Assembly: GCF_964204865.1 (NCBI RefSeq)
Contig: NC_135260.1
Span: 12,710,001-12,774,000, forward strand
DNA length: 64,000 nucleotides
Direction of reading: 5' to 3'
From: Styela clava
Taxonomy: Eukaryota
Each line of letters opens with the position of its first letter. The first letter of the stretch is position 1. The notes under the pieces were generated by a model that saw only the letters and a list, made by a program, of their open reading frames with translations, had not been told where the DNA came from and searched no databases. This document shows, in pieces, positions 52,889 through 64,000 of the stretch. The translations under genes and the position numbers were made by a program.

Positions 52889-53090
52889 CATTCGTATTTC
52901 AGACGCAAATACTTCCAAAGACATTTTTTTCTTATCGTTGGACATACTTTATTTGGCTGACATTTATAGTTGCATAAACTAATAAATTAGTAGAGAAAGT
53001 TGAAGAAGTCGGATGATAAATTATATAAATATGTTATTAGCACAGTATTATTGTGTATTTCACTTGATTTACGAACAATAATAATTCGCT

Positions 53091-53400
53091 TAAAAGTATT
53101 TTGTTAGAAAACTGATCAATTTTTTTTTCAATTTTTTTTATTTGATTAGAAAGATGTTAAAACCATCCATTCATACCGGAAATATTTTTTGAGCGCCAAA
53201 AGTGGATCTTGTTCAAATTTTGGGTTGATTTAACGATTTTTCAAAGTTTTATGACATTTACCTCGTTATGCTATATTTCAACTAGATCCGCTTTTGGGGT
53301 CCAAAAATATTTCGGGTATGAATGGATGGTTTTACCACCTTCGCAATCAAATGAAGAAATTGTAAAAAAAACTCGATCAGTTTTCTAAGAAAAAACTTAA
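53091..53400. mobile_element. Foldback element with ~125-bp inverted arms and TTAA flanks
   Basis: TTAGAAAACTGATC...AAAACCATCCATTCATACC...GGATCT mirrored by AGATCC...GGTATGAATGGATGGTTTTA...GATCAGTTTTCTAA. Partial related copy at ~27390-27520. Confidence 0.7.
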
Positions 53401-53854
53401 TAGCGTACCTTTCAAAAAAATCCAAAAAATCGTTAAATTGACTCGATCTGTATCCTAGCAAAATACTTTTAATGTAACATCAATTTCCCAAAAATAAAAA
53501 GAAACGTAAAATCTAATCAAAATTGAAGCACAAACTGCTTTTGGGACTAAGAAAATATCCTGGATGTGAAAGAATAATTGAACATCTGTTCTATTAAGCA
53601 ATTTAATTTTTAAATATACTTGATGTCAACATACTTGATCATTGCTCTCTTGTATTTACAGTCAACTGTTTTAAGCAATGAATGCGAATGGCATGTAACA
53701 TCCGTGTGCCTGAAGCTGACAGTTTAACCTATATCTGTGATGAAAGTTAGAGGTGAAATTTGTTTTTAATTGTTAACCACAACCAGGTAACCCTCAAAGA
53801 TGTATATTATTATTACTAGGTATTATCGCAAAATTTTACCTGAACATTTCGGCG

Positions 53855-54075
53855 AAATGCTACTCAAAGATTTTAACGACTGGCGCGTTTAAACAGTGTT
53901 AAAGTTACGATGAAATGCTACTTAAACATTTAACGCCTGGCGCTTTTTACCAGTATTGAAGTTACAGCACAATGCTACTCAAACATTCAACGGCTGACGC
54001 TTTTGAACAGTATGGGGATTACCGCGAAATGCTACTTGAACATTTAACGGCTGACGCTTTTTAACAGTATTTTCA
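53855..54075. repeat. Minisatellite, ~57-bp unit, about 4 copies
   Basis: Unit AAATGCTACT(C/T)AAACATTTAACG.CTG.CGCTTTT.AACAGTATT.AAGTTAC starting near 53855, 53913, 53971 and 54027. Confidence 0.85.
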
Positions 54076-54177
54076 ACAACTAATCAAGCCTTTTAACGAC
54101 TGAGGCCCCCTTGAATTTAATGTTATTGAAAAGCGACAGTTGTTTAAATATATAATACAAAATCAAACTCATTTATT

Positions 54178-54320
54178 ATCAAAATGCAAGTCAACGTTTT
54201 CGATGTTCAATCGCTCCTTCTCTGTGGACCAATGTCGAAACGACAGCTTCTTTCATCTCGCTTGTCAGGAATATCTTTTCGATGCTAATCAACGATAAAC
54301 TTGACAGGCGACTCAGGATA
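54178..54320 (-). mobile_element. hAT transposase C-terminal dimerisation-domain remnant
   Basis: Minus-strand translation SRLSSLSLISIEKIFLTSEMKEAVVST resembles the hATC consensus ERLSxLALLSIE. Confidence 0.5.
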
Positions 54321-55256
54321 TAGGTGTAGGATCCGGAATCGGGGCCTTAGGACTAGCTGCTAGTAACGCAAAGTGGAGAACAAAAACATACTACACATCT
54401 TTAACGCTAACAGAGCATAGACTGACAAATACATTCATGGGCTCATGAAATGGTATTTATTTCCAACAATAAGCTACTTCAAATTAGTATGGAATATCAT
54501 AATCAGTTTGCCTTTCAAATAAAAAGGCTTTCAATTGCGAATATATCAGTTATAATACAGAAATTCGGTTTCCACAGCCAACAGTCATGATTCAAATCGG
54601 TAATTGATTTATTGAAAACAACGATGAGTTATCGTTATTATTATCGACAATCACATCTGCTTGTTTACCTAACTGCTTTTTTATTGCTAGCGTTGGCTAT
54701 CAGAAGGGGGTAATTTCTGTGAGATCAGATGTGGATCAGGATAAATGACATCAAGTATAAAAAGGAATAGAAAAGCAGCTTTGATCGCGCCTGGCACATT
54801 AAAAAATATGGGTTAAACCGCAGCAACTAGATGCTTATTTAATGAAATATGAATATTCTATACCACAACGAGTCGCACTTGGAGAAAATTAATAAAGGTC
54901 GCAGTATAGTGGTCGCAGATAATAGCAGTAATATCGTTGTGTAGAAAATCAAACCTTTCAAAAACTTGAAAACTTTCAAAATTAAAAATTCGAAGATTAT
55001 TCAAATTGATACAAAATATAAAGTAAACTAGTCAGACTAATTAGGGTCGGATTCCTCACGGCACAAAAGCACAAGATTCGTCGCAACCGTCGGAAAATTG
55101 TAAGCTTGTTTCATATTGTTTGTTTATTTATACGGTTTTCTCGACGTAGCTTTTGGCCATGACCAGCAGGAAGCCTTGCACAAAGGTGTCTCTCGTATAT
55201 CTGAAGCATATCAACTTTCAAGTCAATTTTTTAATTCCTTGTGAGATATATCAAAC

Positions 55257-58200
55257 TCATGAACCTGTCAATCTTGTAAGCAGAAGCAATCCACCCAAAA
55301 TTGAGGCTGTCGACAATAAAGTGAGTGAGACCATCATTTCTCTTCTCATGGGTTCCATCATAGGATCATTCGCGATTAATTGCGGTATCCCTTTTCCTCT
55401 CTTATTTTCATGAGGAAATGCCGTTTGAGGTATACTAACCCCAAGAAATTTGCACAGTGGCTCCCATCCTTGAGAACATTGGTAAACAAGTAATTGGTCC
55501 CGCGGTGCGTTCTGTAGGTAGAATATTATTACCGTATCGTAATAATCACTTGTTGGTTCTTAGATTACGACTACATAAACGTAAAATGCCAATACCATTT
55601 TTACTTCAGTTTTCAGTATTTTTTTCCACAATATCTCCCAACATCTTAGCGTTGCTACAGAGAGTAAGGTTTGTCGATTTATTTATGTATTACGCATGTT
55701 TGCTACACTTTTAAACTTACTTTAAAGCAACCAACGAGATGTTCTTCATTCAAAACAATCTATATTCTAAAGTCTAAACCCATTCAAACTTCGATCTTAC
55801 CTGTAATACATGAGCATTATGCTCTCTGAATTTCTTTTTTGAAATCAGTCTGTTCAAACTTGGACTTCCAAACAGCCTTCTCCATGGTGTTGGATTTGTA
55901 ATACCAAATAATATTGGATCTAAGAAGAGTATAGTTTGTATTCCTAATGATTTGGCAACATTTTTTCATTTTTAAGTAAGTACTTTTAGAAAGAACCCCA
56001 TACGACAACTGAGTGATAATTCTAACCCCATTTAAAAAAAATATAGGGCTATATTTGTCAGCGGGTTTTGACATGTACATATTATTTCAAACCCATGCAT
56101 TAAATTTGCTTGAAGTTTACAAAAGTCAAATGTGCCAATGTGTCATTGACGTTTTGGGCACAAAATGAAACTATGGATCGTTTGGTTGTTGTAAAAATAA
56201 TCGCTTTTCACCTTAACTACTTGCTTTGAAATTTTCAGTGGGTAAAGATTGTTGGTGTCGCTAGTCCTAAATTTTCTATAAATCCTTTTAGATCTGATGT
56301 TTCATTCAAAAATTATGCTGTTTTATTTTTATCGATTGGAACACGGTTTCATTCCGCCAAGGGTGTCCTCAATTTCAATTTTACAAACTCGTGCTTTGCG
56401 AAAGTAGCAATGTTTAGTGTAATGTACTTCTAGTGGGCGTGGTGTAACAATATTTGCATATGTCATTCCTTGCTTCCACTTGAGAACGTCAAACCTGCGA
56501 TGTGTCGCAATCACGTCAATACGGGAAAGAACCTAGCTTGAGTGAGTTCATTGTCACAGACGCCAATACAGGCGATCGTCGCTTAACTTTGGCATGCTCT
56601 ATGAGGTGACTATGACGCCCGTTAGAAGGACTTGTGATACTAAACGACACTGAACCCACAGGTACGGAAGCCGTCTTCCATAGATCCAGCTTCGTTCAGG
56701 TATGATTTTGTGGAAATTGTGGGTGAAATATTAAACAAAATTATGACTTACAGATGTACAAATCAACTGCAGTCATTGACTTGATATACGTTGGGGAGAA
56801 AAATCGCATCATCGTTAGTAAAAGGTTCGATTTATTAACTTCGAATTGGTTATGAACACTTCTATACCAGCTCTCATCATCTCTTGTCATTAGAATGATC
56901 TGTTGAATATAAAAGGTCCGTATTGTCATTAACATTCTTACCACTCCTTAATTTTCCAGTTGTTTCAAACGTGCGGAAACAATAAATCCGCAATCTATTC
57001 AACAATATCTTACTTACAACACAAAGCGTTTGTGGGTAGCTTTGGATAGCTGTTAAAGAATAATATTCAACCACATAATAAAATCGTGTTAAAGATTGTG
57101 CGGTCTATTTCTGGAATTATTATTATTATCTTGGGGTAATTTTAGTAAGCACGTAATGGATTATGAAATACGCGACGATGGCATATCGCTGGGATCTTTG
57201 ACAAGCCCCCGCCAAAAAAAACACCCGCGCTATCGTTCGAAAAAAAATGGTTATTATCTAACGAGAAAATCGGTCGAGGACCGAAGACTTTTCGAACGAA
57301 AGTTGGGGATCCCCAAAACGGAAAATGCGGTTTCGATTCATGCGCTTTTACTCCATAGTGACACTGTGTATCCCATCACTAATTAATTAATAACTCGCTA
57401 ATTATACGATATAATTCATTCAAAATTAATAGGTTCCTGATCCGAGATATGATGAATGCATATGCAAAATTTGAAGCAGATCCGCCTGGTTTTCGTAAGA
57501 TATCGCGTGTATCTAACAGACAAACAAACAAACAAACAGACAAATACCTATCAACACACTTACCGATCTTAGATCGAGTAGTAATTAGGGTAAGGGGTAG
57601 GAAATAGATTGCGCTGGAAATTTAAACTTCCAAATACTTCTTAACTTGATGAATATTTACTAATTTGTCATTTTCAAACGTGGCGAGGGCGTTTGTCTCA
57701 AATCTCCCATTTTTGCATTATTGACGGGGGCCTTGTACAAAAGATCTTAATGTTTGTCAACGTGTCAGTCAGTTTTGCGATCGTTTATTTGTCATCACGA
57801 ATAAAAAAAAATAGAAGTGTACAGGAATCGATACATCATATAAATAAACTGATTATATTATTTGTGTAACAGGAGTCTTCAAGCAGCGACACCTGTATCG
57901 CTTGTACGGGTTAATGTAAAAGAATAACTATTGATTATGCAGTAGTTATGATATTGAACACAGAAGATCACACAGTTCATTGAACATAAATAACAATCTC
58001 GGAGAAAAATCAGTAGGATGGTGGAGTGTCATCAGTGAAATCAAATTTGTCATATTAAATAATTTAATTACCTTGGCATCCGGAAAAGCCTCCAGTATTT
58101 CTTCCCAGAAGAAACATGTTGGAGTATCTGTTACAGCGTCTACATTTCTGTACATATTTAGGAAATCTTCTTTAGTCCAGCCTTCGCTGAATACTTTCAG

Positions 58201-58323
58201 CCATTCGTTTCTCAAAATTGTCACATTCTCGATATAATCGTACACCGTATAATCAAGAATTCTTAAAGCGAGATTCACTGATTTTGTTCCGGTTTTCGGG
58301 AAACCAGCAACTATGATTTTCAT
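55257..58323 (-). CDS. Sulfotransfer_4-type sulfotransferase with C-terminal TM anchor, 257 aa, copy C (diverged)
   Basis: Exons 58323-58072, 56899-56752, 55919-55801, 55511-55257 (774 nt, in frame). Motifs MKIIVAGFPKTGTKS, DAVTDTP, FREHNAHVLQ, QGWEPLCKFL, FPHEN, hydrophobic tail. Same intron positions as copies A and B. Confidence 0.9.
57259..57583 (+). mobile_element. HINE/DINE-1-like element, family 1
   Basis: Shared core CATCACTAATTAAT...GCAAAATTTG.AGCAGAT...GAGATATCGCGTG, (CAAA/CAGA)n microsatellite, 3' hairpin CTTACCGATCTTAGATCG. Confidence 0.7.
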
Positions 58324-59474
58324 AGTGTATGTCCTGCGTGGAATTGAGCTGAGAAAATTGAGATATCTTTTAGCTTACTTTTATCTGAAGATATGTTATT
58401 ATGAACTACTATTTCGTTCAGTGTAATGGAATGAATCTCCATTATATAGGAGCCTACTTGTTTAGCATTAGGAGATAATTCCTAATTCTAGAACTAGAAC
58501 AAAGTTGGTATAATAATATAAATTTTATTGTTAAATATTTTTATTGTTTTATATACACTACATCAATTGAAATTTTAAACGTTTAAGCTGTTGAAATTCT
58601 TTTATTTCAAAATTTGATAACGTGATTTGCATTTCTTTTTATTATGCATTACGACGCTCCTGGTGCACGTGAGTTCTCATACATTCAACTATCAAGGTCA
58701 GCAAGGAAAGTTACTTCTAGTCCAACTGTTCCTGTTGGCAAATGTAAACTATTGAAACTTTTAATACACGCTGGCTTTTCTAGCAGTTTCGTAGCGATCT
58801 GAAACCGCAAAACCGAATTTAAATAATATCCAATATCTGGTTCTTACGCTATTGTACTGATTTCTAACTATAGCAACGTTTACTTTTTCGCCGTGGAATG
58901 AGATGAAACTAGTAACTGAAGTTTATTTTCAATAAATACCATGATTGCAAAACATAAAAAAATGCAAGATATTAAGGCTTATTGATAAGAATAAAACTTC
59001 GTTTTTGATCAATATGATGTATAAAATGATTTACTTTATTATTAGCGCAATTGCGTAACGTTTACCACGTTTGTGTCATTCATTATACCAACTTGCAATA
59101 TCGATTTTGGAATGAAACTATTATTATTGCATATTGATGCATATTATTAATGACTATTTTACGCGACTATTGCAGCTCACATACGAATGATTTTGCAATA
59201 TTTTAGTATAGATTCTGATATACTGTTATGTATATTTTGGAAAACCCCTCACACAAAACAACTATTAATCAATGCGTATGGATGATCGCGTAAATATTCA
59301 TTTATCTCTGTTGTTGTGACAGTTCATTTATTATACTGTATAAAAACAAAAAATATGACTGCAAAAACTGATAGCCAATCTTAACCTAAACACAACCGCA
59401 TGCACCATAAATAGTTAGCAACTGAAGATAGCCGCACTTGCCAAATAAAGAAAAGGTATAATAATTGTAATTAA

Positions 59475-59745
59475 TTATCGATCTTGATCGGTAAGTATGT
59501 TGATAGGTATTTGTCTGTATGTCTGTGTGTTAGATGCACGCGGTATCTCACGAAAACGAGGTTCAATCTGCTCCAAATTTTGCATGTGCATTCATTTTAG
59601 CTCGGATCAGGAGCCTATTGATTTTGGATGGATTAGGTCGTATAATTAGCGAGTTATTAATTAATTAGTGATGGGACACGCGGTGTTTTGGGGGATCCCC
59701 TAATCTTCGATCGACAAGTCTTCGGTTTCCAACCGAATTCTAGTT
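59475..59745 (-). mobile_element. HINE/DINE-1-like element, family 1 (inverted copy)
   Basis: Reverse complement of the 57259-57583 and 60400-60687 core, including the hairpin and microsatellite. Confidence 0.7.
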
Positions 59746-60399
59746 TTATCATTGTTAAGTTTAATCGTATTTTATTAAACGAAGCATTACAATAATTAGG
59801 GGTAAATTAACCGTTCCTTAGGTGTTATATCAAATTAACAGACAATGCCAGATGAGCAATGCTTTAGCTTTAATTAATATATCATTGTATGTCAGAATTC
59901 CGATTTAAGAGTCTAATACAATAATAGTTAAAATAATAGTCAACAGAAACAAAAGATGCTTCGTATATAAAAATGTAACTTTTACGTCCGACCGCAGTCG
60001 GGTTCGGATGTGGCTACTTCGAGCAGAATTTCTTCTGAACATGAAGTCGACTTATTCATCGTTCGAAAGTGGACCCGTGGATTGTTTCGGCCTGCACAAT
60101 GGCTGAAGTTTTCATTGTTTTGCATTTAAAAGTTACCGGTTGTTGTTGTTTTGTTTTATGCCAGAGTGACCAAAATAAAATTGATTGATTAAAAAAGGAA
60201 GTTCATACTGATACAGGAATGACTAAACTGAAGTCTCACAACTGTTATTATACATGAAATTTATTCATTTAAAATCAAAATGACTAGTGAGAACTTCATA
60301 GAGATTGTGACTAGATTACCATGATATATGTTTAAATGAGTCTGTAGAACCCCTGGTAAAAACGAAAGATTCTTTAAAAATACACTGTTTAATGTAATA

Positions 60400-60687
60400 A
60401 ACAAGATAGCGATCGGAGACCGCTGACTTATCGATCTAGCGACGTGTATCCTATCTTTCGCTCTGACTCAATAGCGACAGCGCGTGACCATCACTAATTA
60501 ATCAATAACTCGCTGATCATACAACATAATTCATCCAAAACCAATAGGCTTCTGGTCCGAGTTATGATGAATGCACATGCAAAATTTGGAGCAGATTCAA
60601 ACTCGCTTTCGTGAGATATCGCGTGCATCTAACAGACAGACAGACACATACTTATCAACATACTTACCGATCGAGATCGATAAGTAA
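60400..60687 (+). mobile_element. HINE/DINE-1-like element, family 1 (best preserved)
   Basis: Subterminal inverted repeat CTTATCGATCT (60427-60437) and AGATCGATAAG (60674-60684), (ACAG)n tract, terminal 12-bp stem TACTTACCGATC-GA-GATCGATAAGTA, no TSD. Confidence 0.75.
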
Positions 60688-60936
60688 TTACTACTTAGAA
60701 TGGCTCAAAATGATAAATATAATTTGTATTGTTCTTATATCATTCAACTACATACTGCATTTCAATTTAATTTTAAACGTACGTCATTAGTTTGTTGGTT
60801 TTATAGTTTCCTTGGCTTTTGGGCACAATATTTCTACCGCGAAAAGAGGAATTATATATACATATGTGTGTTTAGACAAAACGTGGCATAATAATATAAT
60901 ATTATATCAATTTTGCACAGTTTGCATAGACTGTAT

Positions 60937-61239
60937 TTACACAAACGTTTTGATTAAGTTGCCAAATAAAGTTAGCGACCACATTTGCCTCCACGGTGAT
61001 TTTCTATACAGGTAGTAGCCTCCGACAATGGACATTCTTCCGATTGTTAACAACGATGCCGGGACTTCCTTCTGTGTCTTCTTTAAAAACGGATCAGTTT
61101 CCAGTGCTTTCTTGACAATATCTCCACCCTTATTTTTATGCGGAAATATTTGGTTTGGTATTGGCATTCCTAAAAATTCAAACATTGGCTCCCATCCTTC
61201 TGAACATTGATAAATTAGAAATTTGTCAGATGGCGCATG
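60937..61239 (-). CDS. Isolated Sulfotransfer_4 terminal exon D (alternative last exon or relic)
   Basis: cag|HAPSDKFLIYQCSEGWEPMFEFLGMPIPNQIFPHKNKGG..., phase 0, open to stop. No exons 1-3 between it and exon E. Confidence 0.6.
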   Translation of the reverse strand, partial: HAPSDKFLIYQCSEGWEPMFEFLGMPIPNQIFPHKNKGGDIVKKALETDPFLKKTQKEVPASLLTIGRMSIVGGYYLYRKSPWRQMWSLTLFGNLIKTFV

Positions 61240-61759
61240 CTGACGCAAAATAACGCAAAATAAAATGCATCGGCAGGACAAAAATGTCAAATGCATTTCC
61301 CATAGACATAGGAGACAATAGTAAGTTTGGGTGTTTTTTGAAACAAGATTTTTGAAATAGCAGCATACAAAAAAACTTATATCCTATGATATAAGATATT
61401 CCAGGCAAGGCTAAATATACATTCTCCAACTTGGTATCTCTATGACATTTCAAGTAAATCTCTGATTATATGGGCGAAATCGCCTGCTTTTATAGACTGT
61501 TGGAATGTTCTATTAATTTTCGCAGCATGTGCTATATCTAACCAATTCGGATTCAGCACAACGGTCAACAGGTTCAGAAAGTTCTAAGTGGTAAACATCA
61601 GTGATAAGGGAAACGCTCTGTTACCTCATAATAAGTCGAAATAAACTTACCATATACTTATTATAATTCCATACAACCTCGTAGTAAAAATATGTGTACG
61701 GTACGAAATAACAATGTTCTGTATTAGCAGTGTGCACAGTACGAGTGCAGATGCAGTAA

Positions 61760-61861
61760 AATTCCGGACATTTGAGCGTTTTTTTGAATTTTTCCCGGAC
61801 GCAAAATTTAACCCTAAATTCCGGACGTGTCCGAAATTTTCTGGACAGTATGGCAACCCTA
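61760..61861. mobile_element. hAT-like terminal fragment
   Basis: CCGGAC subterminal repeats ending in TGGCAACCCTA. The other end was not found. Confidence 0.5.
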
Positions 61862-62775
61862 CCTTAAATGGCATTATTATAATACGCGTGTGTGCGTTGT
61901 AAACGTGTACGTTTACATTTTAATTTATTTTACAATATCATATGTCACAAGTAGACTTTTATAGTCTTACATCTCCCTTCTTCTCAACTTCATTGATGTA
62001 CTTCTTACCTAATTCCACCATCATCTGTTTGATTGCATATGCCATTGTCTCTACTGAATTGTATAATGTGATATCAGGGTTACATATCCATCTAAATATG
62101 CACATGAGTTTGTATCTTAATCTAACCTCTCATTAAATGTTTATGCTTATAAAGTTAATTTTTGCATTTCGCTCTCCACCTAATTTTACCACTAATTTTA
62201 CCAAAAATGAGGGTGTTATATCTTTGACTGGTACACAGCGGGGGTTTGGATTCGTATAGAAATATAACACACAGATGCTATGTTACTAAAACACTGCAAT
62301 TTATACAAGCACTAATTATTATTATGCTTTTTGGTTCCTCCTAAGGGTCTGCCTGAAATTGAATCAGTAGAAACCCCACGTATCGGCTAGTCCGCTCGAT
62401 TTCCATCTTACTCAGACGCTTCGACAAGCGAAGCTAAACGCAATTATATAAGTACGCACTAAAAATATAAACTTGAATGAGGAGTATAATTTTTAAAACT
62501 ACATTAAGATATAAATTTCTTAACACAAAACTTGAAACAGTTAAGAAATGGGATATGAGCAACATCAACACTGAGTTACAGTGTTGTAATAAAAAAAAAA
62601 AAAAGTTTTTGGCATCTGAATCTTTTCGACTTTACAGAAAGAATAAACATAAAAAAGTAAGTTTTGAGTGATTTAATTCGGAAAAAAAGATACTTCCGAA
62701 GACGTTAGAAGCATTCGTCACAGCAAGATACGTTTGAAATTAGGAAAGAATCTTTCAAAATAGCATCTGTTAATA

Positions 62776-63054
62776 TCACCAGAATTTTAGTGTAGGCACG
62801 GTTAAATCAGACGGTGTCATAAATTTGTAAATTGCGCCAACTGCACAAAGAGAACACACTACGGCGCATGTGATGTACATTTCTTTTTTCATCTGTTGGA
62901 ATATCGGACTGTGTTTTAGATAATCATCAACCAGAGATCCTCTTTGATTTTTGTGAGGAAACGGAATGTCAGGGACGCGCAATCCCAAGAATTTGCAAAT
63001 CGGATCCCATCCGTCTGATATACTGAAGATGAGTAGTCGATCTTCTGGAGCTCT
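62776..63054 (-). CDS. Terminal exon E of a further Sulfotransfer_4 gene (5' exons lie beyond the window)
   Basis: ttacag|RAPEDRLLIFSISDGWDPICKFLGLRVPDIPFPHKNQRG...ITCAVVCSLCAVGAIY, phase 0, intact. Confidence 0.85.
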   Translation of the reverse strand, partial: RAPEDRLLIFSISDGWDPICKFLGLRVPDIPFPHKNQRGSLVDDYLKHSPIFQQMKKEMYITCAVVCSLCAVGAIYKFMTPSDLTVPTLKFW

Positions 63055-63100
63055 CTGTAATGTGAAAATATGGATAATCATAATAGGCTGTATTAATTTG

Positions 63101-63647
63101 CATGGCCGGTGCTATGGACTGCGGGGCCCAATGAAAAATCTGATGGTGGGGCCTCTACTCTTTGTAGTAAAATTTATGTTTATGTTTCATAAAAAAACAT
63201 ACATACAAACCAAAAAGTAGACATTTAATACTTGTTATAAAACAAATTTAAGATGATGTGCATGCTTTAAATGTTTTACTTTTAACATCAAAAAAGCCAA
63301 AATGAGCAATTAAATTATACTATTTTAGAAAAAGGCTTTTCTATCCTTGTAATTAGCAAAATCATTCAAAATATTTCAAAGTCAAGGTCTTTTTTAGAAA
63401 ACGGTACAAAAATGTTGATCTGAATTTCTGAAATAAAACAGAACAGAAGAATTTAATCGCTAATGGTGACATAACGACAATTCACTAAATTTACCGTGCA
63501 TAAGAAATTAGTATTATGAGAAAGATTATTTCACTTTTTATTTTATGTTTCCAATAGTATTTTGTACATCATAATACAGAAAAAGACCCCCACTATAGCG
63601 GGGCCTAATTTGATAAAATCGGTCTAATCGGCTTGAAACCGCCCCTG
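63101..63647. mobile_element. Degenerate hAT-like MITE in the intron upstream of exon E
   Basis: Ends CATGGCCGGT and AAACCGCCCCTG, with GGGGCC subterminal motifs at both ends. Confidence 0.6.
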
Positions 63648-64000
63648 CTTACTTGTGCTAGTTTAAGCAGTATGATTAAAACAATGCTGAGAGCAGATAA
63701 GAAAACACACGGCAGTTCAAAGTAATTATTGGTGCAAATTTTTGAACGCAAATACACAATGATTCATTACGACCTCTAATGCCATTGAGTAACGTCACCC
63801 TTACTGTGAAAGCTTTTACAATCAGATCACAACCCCTCACCCAATTTCTTCCTATAATACATTGTTTTTTATTTTATTATTGAATTTCTCACCGTCAATA
63901 CTGATGTATTGTGATCCCGATATCTTTTCTTCGCAACCGTGGGACTTATACCTCGAAATGCTGCCCAAAATGGTTGAGGTGGAGCACTGAACGCTATTCG

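Noticed and set aside
53855-54075. CRISPR-like array
   Set aside because: Units are contiguous diverged tandem repeats with no unique spacers, in a eukaryotic context with no cas genes.
57775-57900. Further piece of the inverted duplication (similar to 44930-45065 and 24790-24925)
   Set aside because: Short, diverged and isolated; more likely an old dispersed repeat.

Overview
AT-rich, intron-containing animal genomic DNA. Short GT-AG introns and the gene and repeat content suggest an invertebrate chordate, possibly an ascidian; that assignment is inference. The ORF track only shows exon fragments, so all gene models were spliced by hand. Contents: (1) an 18-exon, fully in-frame, ~1360-aa NLR-type gene on the minus strand (10217-1398) with a DZIP3-like HEPN N-terminus, a possible death-fold segment, a NACHT domain with altered Walker B and sensor-1, and LRRs; (2) an orphan 181-aa ORF; (3) a ~42-kb sulfotransferase-rich block holding two intact 4-exon Golgi-type carbohydrate sulfotransferase (Sulfotransfer_2/CHST-like) genes in the arms of a large inverted duplication, one CHST pseudo-exon, three complete 4-exon C-terminally anchored Sulfotransfer_4-type genes and two more terminal exons of that family; (4) a 7-exon charged coiled-coil gene with a possible 5-bp frameshift, whose last exon is present three times; (5) many non-autonomous mobile elements (hAT MITEs with 8-bp TSDs, a tRNA-derived SINE, two Helentron/HINE-like families, foldback hairpins), two of them confirmed by empty sites in paralogous copies within the window. 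No rRNA, genuine tRNA or CRISPR array was seen. Domain names come from motif recognition, not database searches.
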